Shown: positions 18,399-26,833 of the stretch, piece after piece | How the letters are laid out: each line of letters opens with the position of its first letter | Position numbering within the stretch: position 1 is the stretch's first letter | Origin: an uncultured Bifidobacteriaceae bacterium | Lineage (GTDB): Bacteria > Acidobacteriota > Vicinamibacteria > Vicinamibacterales > UBA2999 | Length of the DNA: 64,000 nucleotides | Assembly (NCBI GenBank): GCA_964574545.1 | Contig: CAZNOC010000001.1 | Coordinates: 3,245-67,244, forward strand | Direction of reading: 5' to 3' | Program-made: the position numbers and the translations under genes | The notes under the pieces: generated by a model | Seen by the model: only the letters and a program-made list of their open reading frames with translations | What the model was told of the DNA's origin: nothing | The model's database searches: none

Positions 18399-19138
18399 CG
18401 ACGGGGCCCGCGTCGGTCACGTCCGCCAACCTCGCCAACTACGACTCGCCGTGGAGCGTGGCGGCCTACGGCGCGAACCTGCGTGGGCTGTTCCCGGCGG
18501 AGCGAGCGCTCATCGACGAGTACTTTCCGCCGCCCCCCTCGACAGTCCTCGACCTCGGCTGCGGCGCCGGACGCACGACGGTCGCCCTTCACGAGGCGGG
18601 CTACCGCGTCACCGGGATCGACCTGTCGCAGGCTCTCGTGGCGGAGGCCAGGCGCCTCTATCCCGCCATCGACGTGCGGCTCATGGACGCGACAGCGCTC
18701 GAGGTACCCGACGGCAGCGTCGACATCGCGTTCTTCAGCTACAACGGCATCGACTGCCTGTATCCGGTGTCCGCGCGGGAGCGGTGCTTCGCCGAGGTGT
18801 ACCGCGTCCTTCGCTCCGGCGGGATGTTCCTGCTGAGCAGCCACAACGCGGTCGGCGCCGTCTTCAGCGGCGGCTACTTCTATCCGCGTGGCTACCTCAA
18901 CGCGATCGCCTCGCTCTGGCGGCAGCGCGGAAATCCGTACCTGCGCGAGTGGTACTGGCGCTACGACGATCCCGGCGGGGCACAGCACCTCTTCAGCGCG
19001 CCGCCGTCCCGAACGATGGCACAGGCGCGCGCCGCGGGGTTCGAGGTGCTCGAGGTACGCGGCGCGACGGGCGAGCGCGACCCCGGCCGGATCACCCGCC
19101 GGCAACAGCACGTGTACTTCGTGCTGCGACGTCCGTGA
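18395..19138 (+). CDS. class I SAM-dependent methyltransferase
   Basis: ATG at 18395 (ATGA overlap). Motif I 'VLDLGCGAGRTT', then 'VDIAFFSYNGIDCL...LRSGGMFLLS'. Confidence 0.8.
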   Translation: MTTGPASVTSANLANYDSPWSVAAYGANLRGLFPAERALIDEYFPPPPSTVLDLGCGAGRTTVALHEAGYRVTGIDLSQALVAEARRLYPAIDVRLMDATALEVPDGSVDIAFFSYNGIDCLYPVSARERCFAEVYRVLRSGGMFLLSSHNAVGAVFSGGYFYPRGYLNAIASLWRQRGNPYLREWYWRYDDPGGAQHLFSAPPSRTMAQARAAGFEVLEVRGATGERDPGRITRRQQHVYFVLRRP

Positions 19139-20052
19139 CAGGCGTGATCCGCGCGGGGCTCCGCCGCCTGGCGGTGGCGTCGGGATGGCCCGCGCGACGG
19201 ATCCGCGCACGCCGGTGGCCCGGCGTTCTCGTCCTGAGCTACCACGCGATCAAACCCGCGGGGCCCGGCGCGGCGTCGATGGCGTTCGCCGGCCTGCACG
19301 TCACGGCCGCGCAGTTCGACGCGCACTGCCGCGTGCTCGCGACGCTGTGTCAGCCGGTGTCGCTCGCCGACTGGCGCGCGCATCACGACACAGGACGGCG
19401 GTTGCCGGCGCGTCCCGTGCTGGTGACCTTCGACGACGGGTACCGCAGTGTCCTGACCGAGGCGCTGCCGGTGCTCGAACGATACGGCGTGCCCGCAGCG
19501 GTCTTCGCGTGTACCGGCCCCATCGCCGCAGGGGAGCGGTTCTGGTACGACGCGGTCGCCGCGAGGGACGGAGAGGCCGCCGTGGAGCGGCTCAAGGACG
19601 ACAGTCATGCGGCGTGGCAGGCGGCGACGGACGCGTCGCGGGTGCGTGCGGACGACCGAGACCCGCACGCGCCGCTCTCGGTCGAGGAGTTGCGGCGGCT
19701 CGCCGCGCATCCGCTGATCGAGATCGGCGCGCACTCCGTCCATCATCCGATCCTCGCGCGCACGTCGAGTGATGTGCAGCGCTCCGAGATTCGCGACAGC
19801 CAGGCCGCGATCGCGTCGTGGACTGGCCGGCCCGTCACGGCATTCGCCTACCCGAATGGCCGTGAGGGCGTGGATTTCGATGCGGTCGCGATGCGGCATC
19901 TGTCGGAGGCCGGCATCACCGATGCGTTCACGACGACGCCGTCGCTGGCGGCGCGGCATGGCGACCGGCTGCGCATCCCGCGGCTGGTGGTGGTGGACGG
20001 CTGGACGGAGGACGCGCTCGTGTGGCGGCTGCTCCGCCTGACGGCGGCCTGA
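19135..20052 (+). CDS. polysaccharide deacetylase (NodB/CE4 family)
   Basis: The GTG at 19135 overlaps the upstream stop. 'VLVTFDDGYRS' (NodB motif 1), 'IGAHSVHHP' and 'FAYPNG'. Confidence 0.8.
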   Translation: MTGVIRAGLRRLAVASGWPARRIRARRWPGVLVLSYHAIKPAGPGAASMAFAGLHVTAAQFDAHCRVLATLCQPVSLADWRAHHDTGRRLPARPVLVTFDDGYRSVLTEALPVLERYGVPAAVFACTGPIAAGERFWYDAVAARDGEAAVERLKDDSHAAWQAATDASRVRADDRDPHAPLSVEELRRLAAHPLIEIGAHSVHHPILARTSSDVQRSEIRDSQAAIASWTGRPVTAFAYPNGREGVDFDAVAMRHLSEAGITDAFTTTPSLAARHGDRLRIPRLVVVDGWTEDALVWRLLRLTAA

Positions 20053-20068
20053 CGACAGGGCTCCGCAC

Positions 20069-21295
20069 ATGGCGCGCATCACGGTCGTCACGGCGGGGCA
20101 TCTCAGCACATGTCCGCGCATGGTCAAGGCGGCCGATGCGCTGGCCGGGGCCGGGCACGACGTGCACGTGGTCAGCACGCGGTCGGTCGCGTGGGCGACG
20201 GACGCGGATGCCGACCTGCGGGCCACACGCCACTGGGCGTGGACCTGTCTCGACCACACGCCGGGGACGGCGCTCGGTCGGCGCCGCGGCCTGCGGTCCC
20301 GGATGGCCACGGCCGTCGTTGAGACCGTCGGCGCGGCGCGGGCGCCCTGGGCCGCCGTCGTGCGCGCGTACGCCCCGCTCCACCCGGAACTCGTCCGTGC
20401 GGCACGCGCGGTGCCGGCGGACCTCGTCTACGGCGGCACGACGGGTGCGCTGGCGGCCGTCGCGGAAGCGGCCGGCCGCATGGGCGCGCCGTACGCGCTC
20501 GATCTCGAGGACCTGCACACGGCGGAGAGCACGGAGCCGGATGCCCGTCGGCAGCATGCGCTGGCCGCGCGTGTCGAACGCGGGGTCCTTACAGGCGCGA
20601 CGTTCCTTACGACGAGCAGCGACGCGATTGGCGACGTGTACCGCGAGCGCTACACCGCGCCGGTGTCTACGATCCACAACGTGGTTCCGCGTCCGGCGTC
20701 GGTGCCGGAGATCGTGGGGCACCAGGGACCGCTGCGGCTCTACTGGGTGGGTCAGGCGATTGGCGCCGGGCGGGGCCTGGAGGACGTGATCGCGGCCATC
20801 AGCCAGACGGAGATCCCGGCCGTGCTGCACATGCGCGGTCGCGTGACGCCCTTTGCGACCGGACTCGTCCGACACGCGGCCGGGCGGGCGAACGACCTCG
20901 TGCTGGAGGTGCTGCCCCCGGTGGCCCCCGACGCGCTCATCGGCAGTTGCGAGGGGTACGATATCGGCGTGGCCGCGGAGCCGCTCACGATCGAGAACCG
21001 GCGCCGCTGCATCAGCAACAAGCTGTTCACGTACCTGCCGGCCGGCCTGGCCGTGATCCTGACGGAGTCGCCAGGGCACGCACCGCTTGTCGCCGACCTC
21101 GGTCCGGCCGCCTGCACCTACGCTCCGGGGGACATCGCGACGCTGGCGCGCGGCCTGCAACGATGGCACGCGGATCGGGGCGCGTTGCTCGCCTCGCGCC
21201 GCGCGGCAGCGCAGGCGGCGGCGCGACGCTGGCACTGGGAGCACGAGGACGAACGCGGCCGGCTGCTCTCGCTCGTGTCTCAGGTGGCCCGGTGA
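20069..21295 (+). CDS. glycosyltransferase (GT-B fold, family uncertain)
   Basis: N-terminal 'ITVVTAGHLSTCPRMVKAADALAGAGHDVHVV', then 'LRLYWVGQAIGAGRGLEDV' and 'NKLFTYLPAGLAVI'. 408 aa. Confidence 0.55.
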   Translation: MARITVVTAGHLSTCPRMVKAADALAGAGHDVHVVSTRSVAWATDADADLRATRHWAWTCLDHTPGTALGRRRGLRSRMATAVVETVGAARAPWAAVVRAYAPLHPELVRAARAVPADLVYGGTTGALAAVAEAAGRMGAPYALDLEDLHTAESTEPDARRQHALAARVERGVLTGATFLTTSSDAIGDVYRERYTAPVSTIHNVVPRPASVPEIVGHQGPLRLYWVGQAIGAGRGLEDVIAAISQTEIPAVLHMRGRVTPFATGLVRHAAGRANDLVLEVLPPVAPDALIGSCEGYDIGVAAEPLTIENRRRCISNKLFTYLPAGLAVILTESPGHAPLVADLGPAACTYAPGDIATLARGLQRWHADRGALLASRRAAAQAAARRWHWEHEDERGRLLSLVSQVAR

Positions 21296-21299
21296 GCCC

Positions 21300-22349
21300 A
21301 TGCGTCTGCTGATCACCGCCGATCCGTACCTGCCGGTGCCGCCGACCTACTACGGAGGCATCGAGCGGGTGATTGCCCTCCTCGTGGATGGCCTCGTCGC
21401 GCGTGGACACGAGGTGACGCTGCTGGCGCACCCGGACAGCTGCACGACGGCGGAGCTCATCCCCTACGGCATCCCGCCGCATCAGGGCGCCATGGCGCGT
21501 GCCGGCGAGCTCGCCCAGACGGGCACTGCAGCGTGGGCGGCGCGCCACGCCGTGGATCTCGTGCACAGCTTCGGACGTCTCGCCGCGCTCGCGCCGATCC
21601 TGCCGCTTCGCCGGCTGCCCAAGGTGCAGAGCTACCAGCGCGCCGTGCCGTGGCGTGGCGTCACGCGCGCGGTGCGGCTGGCCGGATCCTCCCTCCACTT
21701 CACCGCGTGCTCCTCGGCGATGTACGCCGCGCGACCCGCGGGCACCGGCGACTGGCACACGGTCCACAACGCCGTGGACCTCACGCGGTATCCCGCGGCG
21801 CTCGCCGCCGAGCCGGACGCGCCGCTCATGTTCCTCGGACGCCTCGAACGCATCAAGGGCGTCCACCACGCGATCGCCATCGCCCGCGGCGCCGGCCGAC
21901 GGCTCGTCATCGCGGGCAACCGCGTGGCCACACCCGCCGCGGAGGCCTACTTCGCCGGCGAGATCGCCCCGCACGTGGATGGTGATGCCGTGGCCTATGT
22001 GGGCGAAGTGGACGACGAGGCGAAAGCGCGGTGGCTCGGCGGCGCGGCGGCGCTGCTGATGCCGATCGAGTGGGACGAGCCGTTCGGGATCGTGATGGCC
22101 GAAGCGCTCGCCTGCGGTACGCCCGTCATCGGCTTCGCACGGGGTTCGGTGCCCGAGGTCGTGGTGGACGCCCGCACGGGTTTTCTCTGCCGTACGCCCG
22201 GCGAGGCCATCGCCGCCGTGGCCCGCCTCGCCGAAATCGACCGCGCGGCGTGTCGCGACGATGCATCGCGGCGCTTCAGTGCCACGGCGCTCGTCGATGC
22301 GTACGAGCGCGTCTACGCCATGGCGCTCGGCCAGGAGCACGCCGCGTGA
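21300..22349 (+). CDS. glycosyltransferase family 4
   Basis: ATG at 21300. 'MRLLITADPYLPVPPTYYGGIERVI'. E-x7-E 'DEPFGIVMAEALACG'. Confidence 0.8.
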   Translation: MRLLITADPYLPVPPTYYGGIERVIALLVDGLVARGHEVTLLAHPDSCTTAELIPYGIPPHQGAMARAGELAQTGTAAWAARHAVDLVHSFGRLAALAPILPLRRLPKVQSYQRAVPWRGVTRAVRLAGSSLHFTACSSAMYAARPAGTGDWHTVHNAVDLTRYPAALAAEPDAPLMFLGRLERIKGVHHAIAIARGAGRRLVIAGNRVATPAAEAYFAGEIAPHVDGDAVAYVGEVDDEAKARWLGGAAALLMPIEWDEPFGIVMAEALACGTPVIGFARGSVPEVVVDARTGFLCRTPGEAIAAVARLAEIDRAACRDDASRRFSATALVDAYERVYAMALGQEHAA

Positions 22350-23092
22350 GGCTCGGGGCACTCGCGAACGCGCTGCTCGGCCGCGCAGGCCTCGTCGTCC
22401 GGCGGGCCCGGATGGAACACCGGTTCGACGCCATGCCGCAGGTGCTGCGCGGGCTGGCGGGCGCGGGCTTCGCGCCCACGGTGGTCGTGGACGTCGGGGC
22501 CAACGCCGGGCAGTGGGCGCGCCTCGCCCGCACGGTGTTTCCCGAGGCGCATCTGCATCTGGTGGAGCCGCAGCGGGGGCTCCACGACCGGCTCACGCAG
22601 TGGGCGGCCCAGTCGCCGCCGGCGACGCTGCACGCCGTCGCGGCGACCGGTCCCGGCGTGACGTCGGTGCGCCTGGCGGGTGGCGGCGCCTGGGACTCGA
22701 CGGGCGCCTGGGTGGCAGGCGCCGCCCACATGGGGCCCGCCGACGTCGTGCGTGCGTGCACCCTGGACGAACTGATCCTGCCCCGACTGATCGATGCCGA
22801 TGTGGTCCTGCTGAAGCTCGATGTGGAAGGCCACGAACTCGAGGCGCTCGGTGGCGCCGGCGCGCTGCTGGCGCGCACGGCCGTCGCGATCTGTGAGGTG
22901 ACGTTCTACGACGTGGAGCACCACGGCCATCCGCTCGCCAAGGACCTCGTGGCGGCCCTTGATGCGTCGGGCTTCGATCTCTTCGACCTCGCGGCGCTGG
23001 CGGGCCGTCCCCGGGACGGGCGACTGCGGTCGGGGGATGCCGTGTTCGTGGCGCGGTCGCATGCGCTGGCACAGGACGTCGGGTGGGCGTAG
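22346..23092 (+). CDS. FkbM-family methyltransferase
   Basis: GTG at 22346 (GTGA overlap). 'VVDVGANAGQW' and 'LLKLDVEGHELEAL'. Confidence 0.75.
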   Translation: MRLGALANALLGRAGLVVRRARMEHRFDAMPQVLRGLAGAGFAPTVVVDVGANAGQWARLARTVFPEAHLHLVEPQRGLHDRLTQWAAQSPPATLHAVAATGPGVTSVRLAGGGAWDSTGAWVAGAAHMGPADVVRACTLDELILPRLIDADVVLLKLDVEGHELEALGGAGALLARTAVAICEVTFYDVEHHGHPLAKDLVAALDASGFDLFDLAALAGRPRDGRLRSGDAVFVARSHALAQDVGWA

Positions 23093-24417
23093 GCGCCGTC
23101 GTGCGGTCGCTGCTCGTCATCAGCCCGCACTTCCCGCCGGACGCCACGGCTGGCGCCCACCGGGTGCGGGTGCTCGCGCCGTACCTCGAGGCGCACGGGT
23201 GGCGGCCGACCGTGCTCACGGTGGATCCACGGGACTACGAGGGCACACTCGACGAGGAACTGGCCGCGCGCGTCCCGGCGTCGCTCGACGTCGTGCGGTG
23301 TCGCGCCTGGTCGCCGCGAGGGACGCGGCGTCTGGGACTCGGCGATCTCGGACTGCGCGCGCTCCACGGCCTGTGGCGGGAGAGCCGTGCGCAGGCGGCG
23401 CGCCACCGTGTTGATGCGGTCTACATCACGACGTATCCCATTTATCCGGCGCTCATCGGTCCGCGGTTCGCACGGCGGTTCGGCGTGCCCTTCGTGCTGG
23501 ATCTGCAGGACCCGTGGGTCGGCGCGTGGGGCGCGACGGTCGGCGGCGGGGGAGGCGGCGAGGTCGATCTCAAGAGCCGGGTCAGCCGTGAAGTGGCGAC
23601 GCGGCTCGAGCGGTACGTCGTGCCGCGCGCGTCGGGGCTGACGGGGGTCTCGACCGTCCTGCTCGATGAGCTCGTCACGCGCTATCCGGCGATGACCGCG
23701 AAGCCCAGAGCCGTGCTGCCCATCGGCATCGACCCCGGCGACATGGCCTGGGCGCGCACTCATGAGAAGCTCGCGCCGTGGCTGCCCCCTCGCGACGGGC
23801 GGCTGCACGTCTGCTACGTCGGGACCGCCCTGCCCCTTGGACGGGACGTGCTGGCCGCGGTTTTCGCCGCGGTGGCGCATATGCGCGCCACCGACCCGGC
23901 ACGCGCCGACCGGATTCGCCTGCACTTCATCGGCACCAGCAATGAAGCGCGCCCCGACGCCGCGCCGCGCGTGACGGCCCTCGCCACCCGGGCCGGCATT
24001 GCCGATCTCGTCCGCGAGCACGCGCCGCGCGTCCCGTTCTTCGATGCCCTGCGGGTGCTCGACCGCGCCAGCGTGGTCCTGCTGGCCGGCACCAGTGAAG
24101 CACGCTACACGGCGAGCAAGCTGCACGGTGCGCTCGCCGCCGGCCGTCCGCTGCTCGCCGTGTTCCACGCGTCGAGTGACGTGGCCCGGACCCTGGCGCC
24201 TCTCGCCGCCGGCGCGCCGGGCGTACGCCTGCTGACCTACGACGAGGGGCAACCCGTCGAGACGCTCGTGGACGCGATTGCGGCCACGCTGACCCAGTGG
24301 ATGGATGCCCCGCCCGCGGCACCCGCCGGACTTGCCGATCTGGACGCCGCGCTGGCGCCGAAGCTTGCGGGCCGGCTCGCACACCTGCTCAACCGGGTTG
24401 TGGAGGCGCGTGGCTGA
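23083..24417 (+). CDS. glycosyltransferase (GT4-like N-terminal domain)
   Basis: GTG at 23083 (alternative 23101). 'LLVISPHFPPDATAGAHRVRVLAPYLEAHGW'. GT-B-like length (444 aa). The C-terminal motif is atypical. Confidence 0.55.
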   Translation: MGVGAVVRSLLVISPHFPPDATAGAHRVRVLAPYLEAHGWRPTVLTVDPRDYEGTLDEELAARVPASLDVVRCRAWSPRGTRRLGLGDLGLRALHGLWRESRAQAARHRVDAVYITTYPIYPALIGPRFARRFGVPFVLDLQDPWVGAWGATVGGGGGGEVDLKSRVSREVATRLERYVVPRASGLTGVSTVLLDELVTRYPAMTAKPRAVLPIGIDPGDMAWARTHEKLAPWLPPRDGRLHVCYVGTALPLGRDVLAAVFAAVAHMRATDPARADRIRLHFIGTSNEARPDAAPRVTALATRAGIADLVREHAPRVPFFDALRVLDRASVVLLAGTSEARYTASKLHGALAAGRPLLAVFHASSDVARTLAPLAAGAPGVRLLTYDEGQPVETLVDAIAATLTQWMDAPPAAPAGLADLDAALAPKLAGRLAHLLNRVVEARG

Positions 24418-26833
24418 GCGCGTCCACCGCGTCACGTTCGTCCTGACCCACCCGGCGCAGTACATGGCGCCGTGGTTCCGTCACATGGCTGCGATGCGTG
24501 ACGATGTCGCGGTGCACGTGCTCTACGGGACGCGTCCCACGCCGGCCGCGCAGGCCGCGGGGTTTGGCGGCGCGTTCGAATGGGACGTACCTCTCCTCGA
24601 CGGGTACACCTCCACGGTGCTGGCGCCGGAGCTGGCGGAGGCCGACCTCGGAGCCGAACGGTTCTCGCGCATGGACGTGCCGCACCTGGACGAGGCGATC
24701 CGCGAGACGCGTCCGGACGCGGTGGTGGTACCGGGGTGGCACGCGGCGTTGTATCTCCACGCGATCGACGTGTGCCGCGCGCGCGGAATCCCCGCGATCT
24801 ATCGCGGTGACTCGACCCTCGGCTCTGGACCGCGCGGCTGGCGCAGGCCCTTCTGGCGGTGGCACACGCGCCGCCGGCTCGCCCGCTACGACGCCTGGCT
24901 CGCGGTGGGCACGCGCGCCCGAGACTACCTCGCGGGTTTCGGCGTGCCCGATCCCCTCGTCTTCGCGTCCCCGCACGCCGTTGACAACGAGCGGTTCCGG
25001 GAAGCGGCGGCGCGTGCGCGCCGCCCGGAACACCGCGCACGCCTCCGCGCGGCGTTCGGCATCCCGGAGGGAGCGCGTGTCGCGCTGTTCGCCGGCAAGC
25101 TCAGCCCGCACAAACGCCCTCAGGATCTGATTCTCGCCGCGGCGCAGGCGGCCCGCCCGATCCACCTCCTCTTTGCTGGCGCCGGGCCAGACGAGCAGGC
25201 GTGCCGCGTGCTGGTGGCGGCCACCGGCGTCCCGGCATCCTTCGCCGGCTTCCTCAACCAGTCGCGCATGCCCGAGGCGTTTGCGGCGGCCGACTGCCTG
25301 GTGCTGCCGAGCGAAAGCGAGACCTGGGGCCTCGTCGTCAACGAGGCGCTGGCGTCCGGCGTGCCGTGCGTCGTGTCCGACGGCGTTGGCTGCGCGCCGG
25401 ACCTCGTCGACGGCCGCCTGACCGGCCGCGTCGTCCCGCGTGGAGACATCGAGGCGCTGGCGCGCGCGCTCGACGCGACGATCGACCGCGGCGTCCCGGG
25501 CTCCGCCACCGCGGAGGCGTGCCGGACGCGTGCCGCCAGTCACTCGTTCGGCCAGGCCACTGGCGGTCTCGTGGCGGCGTGCGCCAGGCTGCGACTGCGC
25601 GCCGAGCACGCGGGACGGAGCCTGCAGCGCCGGCCGCGCATCATCGCCTGCTGCGGCAACATGGTGATTCCGGGCGGTCTCGAGCGCATGACGTTCAAGG
25701 TACTGGAGACCTGCCATGCGCATGGGGCAGCCGTCCACGCCATCGTCAACGGATGGGAGAGCACCCGCATCGTCGGCCTGGCCGAGGAGGCCGGGGCCTC
25801 GTGGACCACCGGCCGCTACTGGCAGCCGTTTCGTCGTCCCGCGTCGGCGGCGGCCCTTGTCGCCATGGCCATCGACGTCGCGCGCACGAGTGGGGGCCTG
25901 CTCCGCGACGCCCGCCACTTCCGTCCGACCCATGTGCTCGTTCCTGACTGGGTCGCGGTCCTGCGCAACCTGCCAGCGCTCGCGTGGCTGCGTCTTCGTG
26001 GCCGCCTGGTCGTGATGCGGCTGGGCAACGCCCCTGGCGAGGGCCGGCTCCACGCTGCGCTGTGGCGGTGGGGTGTGGCGCCTGTGGTGGACCGGTTCGT
26101 CGCCAATTCGCGGTTCATCGCCGCCCAGGTGGCGGGGACGGGCATCGACGCCTCGCGTATCGACGTCGTCCACAACGCCCCCTCGCGCGCGGCGCTGGAC
26201 GCACCTCAGGGTCCCGCGGACCGGACGCGCGTCGTCTTCGTCGGCCAGGTCATTCCGCAGAAGGGTGTCGACCTGCTGCTCGAAGCGGTGGCGCTCGTGG
26301 CGGCGCGCGGCATCGCGGTGACGCTCGAGATCATCGGCGATATGGACGGCTGGGAGTCGCCGTCCTACGGCGGGCATCGCGCGGGGCTCCGTGCGCGGGC
26401 GGGGGCGCCGGACCTGGCGGGGCGCGTCGTCTTCGCCGGCTATCGCGAGGACGTGATCGCGCGGCTGTCGGCCGCGGCCGTGCACGCGTGTCCCTCCCGG
26501 CCGGAACAGCGCGAAGGGCTGGCCGGCACGGTGCTGGAAGCGAAGCTGGCGGGCGTGCCCTCGGTCGTCACCGCGACGGGGTCGTTGCCGGAACTCATCA
26601 CACACGGTATCGACGGCTGGATCGCGCCAGACGCCACGGCGGAGGCCATCGCCGACGGGCTGGCCCACTTCCTGTCCGACCCGGCCGTGCGGGATCGAGC
26701 CGGCGCGGAGGCCAGCCGCTCGCTGGATCGCTTCAGCCCCGCGCGCTTCGCCGCCGAGTGGCTGCGGGTCTTCGGGGTGAAGGCGGAATCGCCCGCGGCG
26801 GCGTCCGCGACGCCGCGGGAGCGGGTGTCGTGA
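24410..26833 (+). CDS. bimodular glycosyltransferase (two GT4-type modules in one polypeptide)
   Basis: The GTG at 24410 overlaps the upstream end by 8 nt. It has two independent E-x7-E cores, 'SETWGLVVNEALASG' (first half) and 'REGLAGTVLEAKLAG' (second half). Each follows a 'FAGKL/FVGQV...KG(V/ )D' donor-binding segment. 807 aa. Confidence 0.75.
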   Translation: MAERVHRVTFVLTHPAQYMAPWFRHMAAMRDDVAVHVLYGTRPTPAAQAAGFGGAFEWDVPLLDGYTSTVLAPELAEADLGAERFSRMDVPHLDEAIRETRPDAVVVPGWHAALYLHAIDVCRARGIPAIYRGDSTLGSGPRGWRRPFWRWHTRRRLARYDAWLAVGTRARDYLAGFGVPDPLVFASPHAVDNERFREAAARARRPEHRARLRAAFGIPEGARVALFAGKLSPHKRPQDLILAAAQAARPIHLLFAGAGPDEQACRVLVAATGVPASFAGFLNQSRMPEAFAAADCLVLPSESETWGLVVNEALASGVPCVVSDGVGCAPDLVDGRLTGRVVPRGDIEALARALDATIDRGVPGSATAEACRTRAASHSFGQATGGLVAACARLRLRAEHAGRSLQRRPRIIACCGNMVIPGGLERMTFKVLETCHAHGAAVHAIVNGWESTRIVGLAEEAGASWTTGRYWQPFRRPASAAALVAMAIDVARTSGGLLRDARHFRPTHVLVPDWVAVLRNLPALAWLRLRGRLVVMRLGNAPGEGRLHAALWRWGVAPVVDRFVANSRFIAAQVAGTGIDASRIDVVHNAPSRAALDAPQGPADRTRVVFVGQVIPQKGVDLLLEAVALVAARGIAVTLEIIGDMDGWESPSYGGHRAGLRARAGAPDLAGRVVFAGYREDVIARLSAAAVHACPSRPEQREGLAGTVLEAKLAGVPSVVTATGSLPELITHGIDGWIAPDATAEAIADGLAHFLSDPAVRDRAGAEASRSLDRFSPARFAAEWLRVFGVKAESPAAASATPRERVS

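Noticed and set aside
17776-19134. Long N-terminal extensions given by the ORF track (for example the 758-aa ORF 17776..20052; also 9694, 12509, 13594, 14541, 15443, 25984, 28485, 30474, 31688, 32677, 33438, 35261 and 36262)
   Set aside because: The extensions overlap the preceding well-supported genes in another frame and are compositionally junk. In each case an ATG or GTG overlapping or just after the upstream stop begins the recognisable domain.
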